The notes beneath the pieces are model-generated. The model saw only the letters and a program-made list of their open reading frames with translations. It was not told the origin of the DNA and made no database searches. Below, piece by piece: positions 18,136 through 28,205 of a stretch of DNA of 64,000 nt. Positions within the stretch are counted from its first letter, which is position 1. Each line of letters starts with the position of its first letter. The position numbers were made by a program, and so were the translations under genes. Source of the DNA: Bacteroidales bacterium (lineage in GTDB: Bacteria; Bacteroidota; Bacteroidia; Bacteroidales; UBA12170); contig JAGGWH010000103.1 in NCBI GenBank assembly GCA_021157585.1, positions 23-64,022 of the forward strand, given 5' to 3'.

Positions 18136-18999
18136 TTAATTTATTTTATTTTCTAATTCCTGAATTAGGGCTGCAAAGTAACTACTTTTTTCTGGATTAT
18201 TCAAACTTAAAAACTGATAAATTTCTTTGGCTTTTTGATAATTAGCTTGATCGGAATATATTTTTGCAAGTGTTTCTGTTACAAAAGCTCCATCTTCAAA
18301 TAAGCTTTCTTGTGCAGCCACATCAGGATCAAAAAAAGCCACTTTATCAGGTCGTGAAATACTAGGTTCTACACTAATAAATTTATCTATTAAATCTAAT
18401 TTATTTTGAAGAGGCATTTCTTTATCTTCTGAATAAGGTTTTCCTGAAGTCGTTTTTATTTGCTTTTCTGCCTTATTTTCTTCAATCTCAGCCAAGCGTT
18501 TTTTAACTAATTGAAGCAGCTCCGCTTTTGAGCGTATCTTATTTCTTTCAATAATAAGGTTGTCGGATGGTTTAGCCTCAGGCTTTTTATCATATTCAAG
18601 TTTTACCGATTTATTTAATGAAGGAATAATTTTATTTGTATCATCATCAGTAACACTTTCTTTTACTATTATTTCTTTTTCTGAAAGAGGAACAGTTTCC
18701 GAAATACTTTTTTCTTTTTCAATAAATGATTCATCTTGTATATTAATACTTTTAGAATCAATCGCTTTTAGTCCTTCTATTTGTTTTTTTAACAAGGATC
18801 TGTCTGCCGCATAAGTGGCAGTCTTTTGCAATTGTTTACCAAAACGGATATCTTGTGTATTAGAGAGATTAAATAAATAGAGCAGTTGAATATTTTGAGA
18901 ATAAGGAAACATTTGTACTAACTTTTGAATATCAGCAAGCGAATCTTGATTAAGAGATTCCGGCCTAGTGATATATTCCAAAAGTTTTTCTGTATTCAT
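18136..18999 (-). CDS. hypothetical protein with a C-terminal TPR-like helix pair
   Basis: 287-aa ORF with a low-complexity acidic/lysine-rich middle. The C-terminus reads ..LAKIYSDQANYQKAKEIYQFLSLNNPEKSSYFAALIQELE. It appears co-transcribed with the neighbouring genes (2-nt gap to the upstream stop). Confidence 0.5.
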   Translation of the reverse strand: MNTEKLLEYITRPESLNQDSLADIQKLVQMFPYSQNIQLLYLFNLSNTQDIRFGKQLQKTATYAADRSLLKKQIEGLKAIDSKSINIQDESFIEKEKSISETVPLSEKEIIVKESVTDDDTNKIIPSLNKSVKLEYDKKPEAKPSDNLIIERNKIRSKAELLQLVKKRLAEIEENKAEKQIKTTSGKPYSEDKEMPLQNKLDLIDKFISVEPSISRPDKVAFFDPDVAAQESLFEDGAFVTETLAKIYSDQANYQKAKEIYQFLSLNNPEKSSYFAALIQELENKIN

Positions 19000-19001
19000 T
19001 A

Positions 19002-19508
19002 TTACCAGTTTACCACTGCCTTATTAAAAATATCATCGATTAACATTTCCTTTATCACCTCTATTAAACCATCCTGAACACTAACTAAATCCATAGAGCT
19101 ATCATAATCCTCATAGGCTGTAAAACTAGTATTAAAGTTATTTTCCGGTTCGATAATATTAGTATATTTTATTTTAACTGTTACCGTTAATCGTGTTAAG
19201 GCGGCAAAATCGTCACTTTGAATAGCTTGCGGACTAGTTTTATAGTTAGTAATTTCTCCTTCAAATTGCAGGTCGCCACCACTAGGTATTAATGTTAGGG
19301 AAGATTGTGAGCTAAACCTATCGCGCAAAGCCTGAGTTAATGTTTCGCTAAGTGTAGGATTTATAAAATCGGCATTATTTTCTATATAGCCAATACTTAT
19401 TGTCTTTGCCGAAACGGGTATAGATGCTCCGGTAAATGAATAGGTTATGCAGGAATTAAAACCTAAAGCACTAACTAGCAAAGAAAAAATAATTATTAGC
19501 TTTCTCAT
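19002..19508 (-). CDS. LptE-like outer-membrane lipoprotein
   Basis: 168 aa with a lipoprotein signal (..ALGFNSC). It resembles proteins annotated as the LptE family in Bacteroidota (from memory). Confidence 0.55.
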   Translation of the reverse strand: MRKLIIIFSLLVSALGFNSCITYSFTGASIPVSAKTISIGYIENNADFINPTLSETLTQALRDRFSSQSSLTLIPSGGDLQFEGEITNYKTSPQAIQSDDFAALTRLTVTVKIKYTNIIEPENNFNTSFTAYEDYDSSMDLVSVQDGLIEVIKEMLIDDIFNKAVVNW

Positions 19509-19513
19509 TTTTT

Positions 19514-20767
19514 TTAAATAATATTATATTCCTTAATTTTACGATACAGTGTACGCTCAGAAATTCCCAAATCCTTAGCAGCATCTTTACGTTTTCCCTT
19601 ATGTTTTTCTAAAGCTCTGCGTATTAAATCTTCTTCTTTTTTCTGAATAGATAGAGATTCTTCTATCACTTCAACAGGAGAATTTACAGAGTCAAATACC
19701 TGATCATCAAAATTCTCAACCCCAAATTCGTCAGTTTTAACGGCTTGGGAATTCTGTTCATTAGCATTCTGAATAATTTCATAACCGGACTGAAACTTCC
19801 CCATCAAATCGGGCTCAGCATCTTTTAAACTCCCTGATTTTCCTTCACGTTGTAACATCTCAAGAACAATCTTTTTAAGATCATTCATATCACGTTTCAT
19901 ATCAAAAAACACTTTATACAATAAGTCTCGTTCAGAAATATTTTCATGCTCTGCCTTATCATAAAGAATAGGTAAATCGCGATTATAAGTATCGGGCAAA
20001 TACTTTGACAATGTTGCTGCATCAATAGATTTATTTTGCTCAATAATAGAGATTTGTTCTGCAATATTTTTTAGCTGTCTAATATTTCCGTCCCATCTGT
20101 AACGTAACAATATTTTTTTTGCTTCGGCATCAAGGTGAATGCTTGGCATACGATATTTCTCGGCAAAATCGCTTGCGAATTTTCTGAATAATAAATGAAT
20201 ATCATCTTTACGCTCGCGTAAGGATGGAACCTGAATTGGAACTGTGTTTAATCTATAATAGAGATCTTGTCGGAATTTACCTTTTGCAATTGCTTCCGGA
20301 ATATTAACATTAGTAGCGGCAACAACTCTTACATCTGTTCTTTGTCCTTTTGAAGAACCTACTTTCATAAATTCTCCACTTTCTAACACACGCAAAAGGC
20401 GTACCTGAGTACCAAGAGGAAGTTCTGCTACTTCATCTAAGAAAATAGTTCCTCCATCTGCAACTTCAAAATACCCCTTACGAGCATCGTGAGCTCCTGT
20501 AAACGAACCCTTTTCGTGACCAAATAGTTCTGAATCGATAGTTCCTTCGGGAATAGCACCACAGTTTACGGCTATATAATTACCATGTTTTCTACTGCTC
20601 AGGCTGTGTATAATTTTTGGAAACACTTCCTTTCCCACTCCACTTTCACCGGTAATTAATACTGTTAAATCCGTTGTAGCAACTTGCACAGCGATATCCA
20701 AAGCACGCTCAAGAGAACTTGAATTCCCAATAACACCAAAGCGTTGTTTTATAGTTTGCAAATCCAT
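19514..20767 (-). CDS. sigma-54-dependent transcriptional activator (bEBP) lacking an N-terminal sensory domain
   Basis: The AAA+ domain starts about residue 12. Walker A is GESGVGKE, the GAFTGA-type loop is GSFTGA, and the C-terminal Fis-type HTH is AAKDLGISERTLYRKIKEYNI. Confidence 0.85.
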   Translation of the reverse strand: MDLQTIKQRFGVIGNSSSLERALDIAVQVATTDLTVLITGESGVGKEVFPKIIHSLSSRKHGNYIAVNCGAIPEGTIDSELFGHEKGSFTGAHDARKGYFEVADGGTIFLDEVAELPLGTQVRLLRVLESGEFMKVGSSKGQRTDVRVVAATNVNIPEAIAKGKFRQDLYYRLNTVPIQVPSLRERKDDIHLLFRKFASDFAEKYRMPSIHLDAEAKKILLRYRWDGNIRQLKNIAEQISIIEQNKSIDAATLSKYLPDTYNRDLPILYDKAEHENISERDLLYKVFFDMKRDMNDLKKIVLEMLQREGKSGSLKDAEPDLMGKFQSGYEIIQNANEQNSQAVKTDEFGVENFDDQVFDSVNSPVEVIEESLSIQKKEEDLIRRALEKHKGKRKDAAKDLGISERTLYRKIKEYNII

Positions 20768-20833
20768 TTTTATATATTTTAATTTTGGATTTTTCCGACC
20801 CTTAAATTACAAAGAATCTTAAATATTTTATGA

Positions 20834-23293
20834 CTATCGCCGAATAATTGCTCCTAAATCTTTTTCAAACATCTGGATAAACCTTTTCATCATCTTATCA
20901 ATTTGTTTATCATTCAATGTTTTTTCGGAATTTTGCAGCAAAAAGCTTATAGAATACGATTTTTTCCCTTCACCTAATTCTTTCCCTTCGTAAATATCAA
21001 ATAAATTTACCGATTTTAAAATTCTCTTCTCTGCTTTATAAGCTAAAGCTTCGATAGATTCAAATTTAACTGTTTTATCCAAAACGAGAGCTAAATCTCG
21101 ACGAACAACAGGAAATTTAGGGACTTCCTTAAATTGAATATCATATTGCTTAACCGCCTTCAAAATATTTTGCCAATTAAAATCGGCATAAAAAACGGCT
21201 TGTTTTATTCCAAATGATTTTAATGTTTTCGGACTAAGTTCGCCAAATTCAACCAATGGCTTATTATTAAACGAAAAACGTAAACCTTCAGAAAAGTATT
21301 CTTTAATCTCCGTATCCACCGACAATGCTAACAGGTTGAATTGAAGCTTTTTAAGAATATGCTGAACAGCTTGTTTTAAATCATAAAAATTAACTTTATC
21401 GGCTTTATTTGACCAAGATTCAGGAGCTTTTTTACCCGTCATTAGTAAAGACAGATGTTTTTCTTCTGAATAGCGCTTCTCGACTTTCTCTGCATCAGGG
21501 CTTACCAACTTATAAGACTTACCAAATTCATAAATCTTTAGATCGGGATTTTTACGATTAATATTGTAAAGAACAACTTCTAAACCTCCATACATTAATG
21601 ATTGACGAAGAATGTTTAAGTCGCTACTGAGAGGATTTAACATTTTAACACTTTGAAGAGCATCAAAGTCAGGATTATTTTCATAATAAACGCTCTTTGT
21701 TAAAGAGTTATTCATGGTTTCGGCAAAACCATTATTAGACAAATAATCGGAAATCAGGTTTTGAAGCTTTTCTTTATCCGGTTTCTTACCATAGGAAAGT
21801 GCTGAATGAACACTTTCGGAGAAATCGATATTATTATATCCGTAAATTCTCAAAATTTCTTCAATAATATCTGCTTCGCGAGTAACGTCAACTTTAAATG
21901 TTGGTATTTCAAGAAGTAATCCGTTTTCTGTTTCTTCAAGAATTTTAATATCTAAATCTGTTAATATTGTCTTTATTGTTGCTACCGGAATCTCTTTTCC
22001 AATTAAACGACTAACATTTGAATATTTAATACTTACCTGCCAAGGTTCAATTTTGTTTGGATAAACATCTTTAATCTCACTGCTAATATCAGCATTTGCT
22101 AATTCTTTAATTAAAATAGCCGCTCTTTTAAGTGCATAAGTGGTAATATTTGGATCGGCACCTCTTTCGTAACGAAAAGAAGCGTCAGTTTTTAATCCGT
22201 GAAATTTAGCCGTTTTACGAATTCCTGTTGGCTCAAAATAAGCACTCTCGAGGAACATTCGTTTTGTTTTCTTAGTAATGCCGGAACTTAATCCTCCAAA
22301 AACGCCGGCAATACACATTCCTTCTTGAGCATTGCAAATCATTAAGTCATTAGCAGAAAGCTCACGCTCAACTTCATCTAAAGTAACAAATTTACTTCCT
22401 TTATCTAACTTCTTAACTATTACTTTGTTTCCTGTAACAGCATCTGCATCAAAGGCATGCAAAGGCTGTCCGGTTTCATACATTACAAAATTTGTAATAT
22501 CAACTATATTATTAATTGGACGAATATCGATAGTTTTTAGAGCATTTTTAAGCCATTCTGGCGATTCTTTAACTTCAATATTAGAAAGAGTGAGTCCTGA
22601 ATAACGAGGACAAGCCTCGGTATCTTCTACAATAACATCAATATCGAGATTGGTATTATCAATTTTAAAATCAGTTACATCCGGAAGAATTAATTTGCTA
22701 TCGCGATTCCCGTATAATTGATTAAAAACAGCCACTAAATCGCGAGCAGATCCAATGTGAGAAGTAGCATCGGAACGGTTGGGAGTTAGACCAATTTCAA
22801 AGCGATAGTCGTCTTCAACTTTAAAATAATCCTTAGCATATGAACCTATCTCAGCACTATCATCCAAAACCATAATTCCATCGTGCATACTTCCCAATCC
22901 AAGCTCATCTTCAGCACAAATCATTCCTTCGGAAACCTCTCCACGAATTTTAGATTTTTTTATTTTAAATGTATTATCTCCATCGTATAAAGTTGTTCCT
23001 ACAGTTGCAACAGGGACTTTTTGTCCGGCAGCAACATTAGGAGCACCACAAACAATTGGCAAAATAGTACCGTTACCTATATCAACAGTTGTAATGCTGA
23101 GTGTATCTGCATTTGGATGCTTCTCACAGCTCATTACTTTTCCAATTATAATGCCTTCTAGTCCACCTTTAATAGATTGCACGCGCTCCATCTTTTCTAC
23201 TTCCAAACCACAATCTGTTAATATTTCGTCTAATTTTTCCGGTGTTACATCAAATGCAATATATTTTTTTAACCAATTATAGGATAAGTTCAT
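20834..23293 (-). CDS. pheT: phenylalanine--tRNA ligase beta subunit
   Basis: 819 aa. MNLSYNWLKKYI.. N-terminus, with tRNA-binding, B3/4, B5 and FDX-ACB domain order. Confidence 0.95.
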   Translation of the reverse strand: MNLSYNWLKKYIAFDVTPEKLDEILTDCGLEVEKMERVQSIKGGLEGIIIGKVMSCEKHPNADTLSITTVDIGNGTILPIVCGAPNVAAGQKVPVATVGTTLYDGDNTFKIKKSKIRGEVSEGMICAEDELGLGSMHDGIMVLDDSAEIGSYAKDYFKVEDDYRFEIGLTPNRSDATSHIGSARDLVAVFNQLYGNRDSKLILPDVTDFKIDNTNLDIDVIVEDTEACPRYSGLTLSNIEVKESPEWLKNALKTIDIRPINNIVDITNFVMYETGQPLHAFDADAVTGNKVIVKKLDKGSKFVTLDEVERELSANDLMICNAQEGMCIAGVFGGLSSGITKKTKRMFLESAYFEPTGIRKTAKFHGLKTDASFRYERGADPNITTYALKRAAILIKELANADISSEIKDVYPNKIEPWQVSIKYSNVSRLIGKEIPVATIKTILTDLDIKILEETENGLLLEIPTFKVDVTREADIIEEILRIYGYNNIDFSESVHSALSYGKKPDKEKLQNLISDYLSNNGFAETMNNSLTKSVYYENNPDFDALQSVKMLNPLSSDLNILRQSLMYGGLEVVLYNINRKNPDLKIYEFGKSYKLVSPDAEKVEKRYSEEKHLSLLMTGKKAPESWSNKADKVNFYDLKQAVQHILKKLQFNLLALSVDTEIKEYFSEGLRFSFNNKPLVEFGELSPKTLKSFGIKQAVFYADFNWQNILKAVKQYDIQFKEVPKFPVVRRDLALVLDKTVKFESIEALAYKAEKRILKSVNLFDIYEGKELGEGKKSYSISFLLQNSEKTLNDKQIDKMMKRFIQMFEKDLGAIIRR

Positions 23294-23381
23294 TTGTATT
23301 TTCTTTTTTTAATATGATTAGCAGCAAATTGAGCTCTAAATTTAGAATTCAATTTTTACAGATTTCGACTGCAAAATTAGT

Positions 23382-23389
23382 AATTTTTT
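23382..23389 (-). promoter_or_regulatory. candidate -7 box (TAATTTTG) upstream of pheT
   Basis: Exact TAnnTTTG on the minus strand, about 88 nt upstream of the pheT ATG. Confidence 0.3.
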
Positions 23390-23456
23390 CGAGACCAAAT
23401 AAGGATTACAATGGAAGTTACTTGAGTAAGTTCGATTACTAAAAAACCAGGAAATA

Positions 23457-25562
23457 CTAGCTAATTTCTATCCAGTTTCTACCTTTATTTTCTACTTTCT
23501 GAAGTTCTAAAGCTGTTTGTTTATTTTCCGGCAATTCAAGATGTGGATCTGCTTGAAGTAATTCAATGGCTTTCTCTCTTGCAAACTTAAGTATTTTCTC
23601 ATCTTTAACTAAGTCGACAATTTTAAGATCAAGTATTCCGCTTTGTTGTGTGCCGTGCATATCTCCGGGACCACGCAATTTTAAATCAACGTCAGCTATC
23701 TCAAATCCATCTGTTGTATCAACCATTGTTTGCAAACGCTTTTTACCGTCTGCTGTTAATTTATAAGTCGACATTAAAATGCAATACGACTGCTCCGCAC
23801 CACGTCCTACCCTACCTCTCAACTGATGTAATTGCGAAAGCCCAAAACGCTCTGCATTTTCTATAACCATAACCGAAGCATTAGGCACATCAACTCCTAC
23901 TTCAATTACTGTAGTTGAGACCATTATCTGAGTTTCGCCATTTACAAAACGTGCCATTTCAAAATCTTTATCGGCAGGCTTCATTTTTCCATGCAATATG
24001 CTGACCTGATATTTTGGACGCGGGAAGTCGCGAACTATGCTTTCATAGCCATCCTCTAAATCTTTTAAATCAAGCTTTTCTGACTCTTTAATCAGAGGAT
24101 AAACAACATAAACTTGTCTTCCCTCCTTAATCTGCTGACGCATAAATCCAAAAACTTTCAATCTGTCCTTATCATAAAAATGATGTGTTTTAATTGCTTT
24201 TCTTCCGGGAGGCAGCTCATCAATTACAGAATAATCCAAATCGCCGTATAAAGTCATTGCCAGAGTACGAGGAATAGGAGTAGCAGTCATTACCAAAATA
24301 TGAGGAGGAATAATGCTTTTACGCCAAAGTTTTGCCCGTTGAGCAACGCCAAAACGATGCTGTTCATCAATAACCACAAAGCCCAATTCTTTAAATTGTA
24401 CAGCATCTTCAATTAAAGCATGGGTACCGATTAGCAGATTCAATTTTCCACTTAACAAACCCTCACGTATTTCCCGACGCTTTTTTGTTTTTGTGGAACC
24501 CGTTAACAATTCAATCTCAATACCTAAACCATCTAGGAACTCTGAAATACCGTTATAATGCTGATAAGCAAGAATTTCTGTTGGGGCCATCATACAAGCT
24601 TGAAACCCATTATCAACAGCCAAAAGCATCCCCAACAAAGCAACTAATGTTTTGCCGCTTCCTACATCACCTTGCAACAACCGGTTCATTTGCTTGCCGG
24701 AACTCATATCTACTCTTATCTCACGCATCACTTTTTTTTGAGCATTAGTCAATTCAAAAGGTAGGTTCTCAGAATAAAATCGGTTAAATTTTTCACCAAC
24801 TTTTGTAAATATGTGTCCTTTTATTTTTTCTGTTCTAATCAACTTTTGCTTTAACAATCGGAGCTGAAGAAAAAATAATTCTTCAAGTTTAAGGCGTTTT
24901 CTTGCAGATTCGAGTTGCTTAAGATTTTCGGGATAATGAATTGCATATATTGCTTGTTCGCGAGAAACAAAACGATACTTATTGAGTAATGATGGAGGTA
25001 AATTTTCTGTAATTACTCCACTTTTTAATTTCAAAGCAGAGTAAATTATCTTAGCAATACCCTTAGAATCGAGACCACGACGACTTAATTTCTCAGATGA
25101 ATTATAAAATGGCTGAAGCTTAATGTTAACAACATTTTTTTTCTCAGTATCAATAAGTTCTATTTCGGGATGAGTAATATTAAAACGTTTATTAAATAAC
25201 GTAGGTCGCCCAAAAACGAGATACTCCTTACCGTATATCAATTTCTCTCTAATCCATTTAATTCCGGCAAACCACACTAATTCAATCTGACCGCTTTCGT
25301 CTTTAAGAGTAACACTTAGACGTGTCGACCTCCCACTACCTAAAGTCTGAAGATTAAAAAGTTTTCCTTTAATCTGGACAAATGGCATATCCTCGCGTAT
25401 CTCGCGAATAGTATATATTTTGCTTCTATCTATATAACGAAAAGGGAAATAATAGAGTAAATCTCCCAGAGTATGAATACCCAATTCTGTTTTGAAACTA
25501 CTTTCTTTTGCAGGTCCAACACCTTTTACAAATTTTATGGGAGTGTTCAAAAATTGATCCAT
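23457..25562 (-). CDS. recG: ATP-dependent DNA helicase RecG
   Basis: 701 aa with a wedge domain plus helicase motifs GDVGSGKT and DEQHRFG. Confidence 0.95.
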   Translation of the reverse strand: MDQFLNTPIKFVKGVGPAKESSFKTELGIHTLGDLLYYFPFRYIDRSKIYTIREIREDMPFVQIKGKLFNLQTLGSGRSTRLSVTLKDESGQIELVWFAGIKWIREKLIYGKEYLVFGRPTLFNKRFNITHPEIELIDTEKKNVVNIKLQPFYNSSEKLSRRGLDSKGIAKIIYSALKLKSGVITENLPPSLLNKYRFVSREQAIYAIHYPENLKQLESARKRLKLEELFFLQLRLLKQKLIRTEKIKGHIFTKVGEKFNRFYSENLPFELTNAQKKVMREIRVDMSSGKQMNRLLQGDVGSGKTLVALLGMLLAVDNGFQACMMAPTEILAYQHYNGISEFLDGLGIEIELLTGSTKTKKRREIREGLLSGKLNLLIGTHALIEDAVQFKELGFVVIDEQHRFGVAQRAKLWRKSIIPPHILVMTATPIPRTLAMTLYGDLDYSVIDELPPGRKAIKTHHFYDKDRLKVFGFMRQQIKEGRQVYVVYPLIKESEKLDLKDLEDGYESIVRDFPRPKYQVSILHGKMKPADKDFEMARFVNGETQIMVSTTVIEVGVDVPNASVMVIENAERFGLSQLHQLRGRVGRGAEQSYCILMSTYKLTADGKKRLQTMVDTTDGFEIADVDLKLRGPGDMHGTQQSGILDLKIVDLVKDEKILKFAREKAIELLQADPHLELPENKQTALELQKVENKGRNWIEIS

Positions 25563-25570
25563 TTACAAAA

Positions 25571-25578
25571 CAAAAATA
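25571..25578 (-). promoter_or_regulatory. candidate -7 box (TATTTTTG) for recG
   Basis: Exact TAnnTTTG on the minus strand, 8 nt upstream of the recG ATG and just after the gldN terminator. It implies a near-leaderless transcript. Confidence 0.35.
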
Positions 25579-25590
25579 ATAAATAAAAGG

Positions 25591-25618
25591 CAAAAAAAAA
25601 CTCCACAGATGCGGAGTT
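25591..25618 (-). terminator. rho-independent terminator of the gld operon
   Basis: Minus-strand hairpin AACUCCGC-AUCU-GUGGAGUU, with one G-U pair valid only on the minus strand, followed by 9 U. Confidence 0.75.
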
Positions 25619-25641
25619 CTTTTAAGTTTATATTGAGCAGA

Positions 25642-26517
25642 CTAATATTCCCACATTTCTTGTTCCATTTCAAATATTTCGCTTTTAATTCTATTAGACT
25701 CTAATAGAGCATCTTTTCCTCTTACATATTTAGAAATTTCACGATCGTAAACATTTTCCTCTTTATATACAAAAGAAGAAAAAAGTCTTTTCCAGAATAC
25801 ATCATCATAAGTTAAGCGAGCACCACCATTTTTACGATTAAATACTACCGACTTAGCCAATACAGGTCTGGCATCGGGGAAGTAAATCCAAAATAACTGA
25901 CTCGATACTTTTTTTCCATCGGAAGCATCAATATATTCTCTAACAGGACCTAAGCCCAAAATACGAACCATCATTTGAGAGCGTTGCTTATCAAAATACC
26001 ATACTTCCTTAACTTTTAACTTAACAACTTCACCATCCTGATATTTTTCAGGGTATGTTTCTAATTGTTTAATTACATTTCCGGCAGGATCTGTTGAATC
26101 TTTTAAAACCATAGAACCATTAAGTCTATAATTTATATCATCCCAAGTAAGAGGAACCGTAAATTCATCATCAACACGATCATCATAAGCTGTTAACTCT
26201 CCTGCTTTTAACGCATCCAGTATAGTTGCTATAAAACTTTTCCATCCAATATGTGCTTTAATAGGGTAATAAAAAGGCTGGTTCATTTTCTCACGAAAAT
26301 CGATAACTTGCCAAATACGCTTTTTATAAATCACATCAGCTTGACGCAATGGAGGATAAGGGACGGGTTTTTTAAATTCTACATGAATCTCATCAAACAC
26401 ATTATCTCTTGGTGTATTTACAGCGTTCTGCGAGCTTCCCCCAATAACCTGAGCAGAAACAGATATACTAAAGCTGAAAACAAAAATCCATAGATATTTT
26501 AATATATTTTTTTCCAT
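25642..26517 (-). CDS. gldN: type IX secretion/gliding protein GldN (PorN)
   Basis: 291 aa with a signal peptide. It is the last gene of the porP-gldKLM-N order, 8 nt after the gldM stop. Confidence 0.8.
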   Translation of the reverse strand: MEKNILKYLWIFVFSFSISVSAQVIGGSSQNAVNTPRDNVFDEIHVEFKKPVPYPPLRQADVIYKKRIWQVIDFREKMNQPFYYPIKAHIGWKSFIATILDALKAGELTAYDDRVDDEFTVPLTWDDINYRLNGSMVLKDSTDPAGNVIKQLETYPEKYQDGEVVKLKVKEVWYFDKQRSQMMVRILGLGPVREYIDASDGKKVSSQLFWIYFPDARPVLAKSVVFNRKNGGARLTYDDVFWKRLFSSFVYKEENVYDREISKYVRGKDALLESNRIKSEIFEMEQEMWEY

Positions 26518-26525
26518 TATAAAAA

Positions 26526-28169
26526 TTATTTTAGCGTTATAACCATTGAAGGAACTGTACTATTCTTCTCCGGACCTTTAACTTGTATATTCTTAAAAAC
26601 TAAATCAGTACCTCTACGTGCTTTTTGTATATAATCTATCATTTCTCTTGTTAACCTAAAACCATTCCCTGCAAGATTATAAACCTCCCCATTCGGTTTA
26701 AAGGCTCTCATGCTAAAGCTCAGAACTTCATACTTATATTCAAAATTAACATCTTCAGGAAGATCACACAAAAGATAAGGGCCGGCAATAATATCTCCCC
26801 TAGTAATCTTCTGATCTTTTGTCATTCCTCTTATGTATGTGATAGGTAGAGGTAAGTTCTTTAATCTAAATACTTGTTCCCCTAACTTAGTACGGGTATT
26901 TTTTTCGCCTTTAGCATAGATAGTAATAGTTGTTTCACTATGAGAAGATGTATTGCTTACATCAACAATAAAACCTTTGGGGGTTCTCTTTATTTTCCCA
27001 ACACTAATTTTATAATCAATCCTATTTTCCGGAATACCTGCTGCAGATATTTTAATAGGGTTATCTACACCACGATAAAATACATTCATTTTAGTAGCAG
27101 ATACATTTGCTGAAGGTTGAGCAACAGTAAACTTATTGGAAAAAGTGTAATATTGCTTTTCTCCGGTTGGATCTAAAATAATAATCCTACCGGCAAAAGC
27201 ATATTCTTTGGGAGACAAACCACGAGTTGGAATACTCATATGTACTATTCCACTATCGCCCACAATAAGCTTTGCGTTTGACGCAAAATCATCATGCCAT
27301 TCGGATGCCCCCATTTTATACTCAACTGTTGGATTATTCTTTTCATCAACGGCAGCCACAAATATTTCTGCTTTATATTCATCACCTTGAAAAACGTAAG
27401 CAGAGGGAGCTACTATTTTTGCTTCTATTTTGCTAAACTTAAAATCTTTAGCAGTAATATCCTGAGCCAAATAATTTACAATATCAAATTCGGCATTTCT
27501 TGCTTCTGCTGCTATTTTATTAAAAATTGTAATATCAGCAGCTAAAATTGTATGATTAAAATTATAATATACCCAATCAGTTGTAGTCGATTTATCAGCT
27601 TGTATAAATTTACCTTCTGTAATAAGACCTATATTAAATGAAGCACGTCTATCTTCCGGAACAAAAGAAAGCAAGTCCTCACGATATTGGTTAATTCTTT
27701 TTTCCAAAGTATAGCCTTCGCCTTTATCAAGGTCAGAACTACCAACTAGGTAGTGTGTTGGGCTAGAATAGTCATCAATCTTTTTAATATCTCTGAGAGT
27801 TATCTTCTTAAGAGAATCATAAGTAATACCATCTTCTCCTCCAACTTTTATTCCTTCAGAGTGAATAATGGTATTATACTTAACACTATCAAGATAGCTC
27901 ATAAAAGCATTTGAAATTGTACGAACCTTCTGGGCATTTTCCCAATAAGGTGCTACTTTATCCGGATTAAGACTGTATTGTTTTTCAAATTCTTGATATG
28001 TTGAATTTACTTTAGATGTGAAATTTTCATTTGTAATTACCAAACTTTCATTTACGATTCTAAAGGCTTCTAAAATTTCTTTAGATACATTTAGTGCTAA
28101 CATAGCTGTTAGTACCAAATACATCATTCCAATCATTTTCTGCCGCGGCGTTTCTTTAAATCCTGCCAT
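26526..28169 (-). CDS. gldM: type IX secretion/gliding protein GldM (PorM)
   Basis: 547 aa. The N-terminus MAGFKETPRQKMIGMMYLVLTAMLALNVSKEILEAF is the conserved GldM TM region. Confidence 0.85.
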   Translation of the reverse strand: MAGFKETPRQKMIGMMYLVLTAMLALNVSKEILEAFRIVNESLVITNENFTSKVNSTYQEFEKQYSLNPDKVAPYWENAQKVRTISNAFMSYLDSVKYNTIIHSEGIKVGGEDGITYDSLKKITLRDIKKIDDYSSPTHYLVGSSDLDKGEGYTLEKRINQYREDLLSFVPEDRRASFNIGLITEGKFIQADKSTTTDWVYYNFNHTILAADITIFNKIAAEARNAEFDIVNYLAQDITAKDFKFSKIEAKIVAPSAYVFQGDEYKAEIFVAAVDEKNNPTVEYKMGASEWHDDFASNAKLIVGDSGIVHMSIPTRGLSPKEYAFAGRIIILDPTGEKQYYTFSNKFTVAQPSANVSATKMNVFYRGVDNPIKISAAGIPENRIDYKISVGKIKRTPKGFIVDVSNTSSHSETTITIYAKGEKNTRTKLGEQVFRLKNLPLPITYIRGMTKDQKITRGDIIAGPYLLCDLPEDVNFEYKYEVLSFSMRAFKPNGEVYNLAGNGFRLTREMIDYIQKARRGTDLVFKNIQVKGPEKNSTVPSMVITLK

Positions 28170-28205
28170 AAGCTATTTTGTTTTTCTCAAGTGCGTAAAT
28201 AATAA

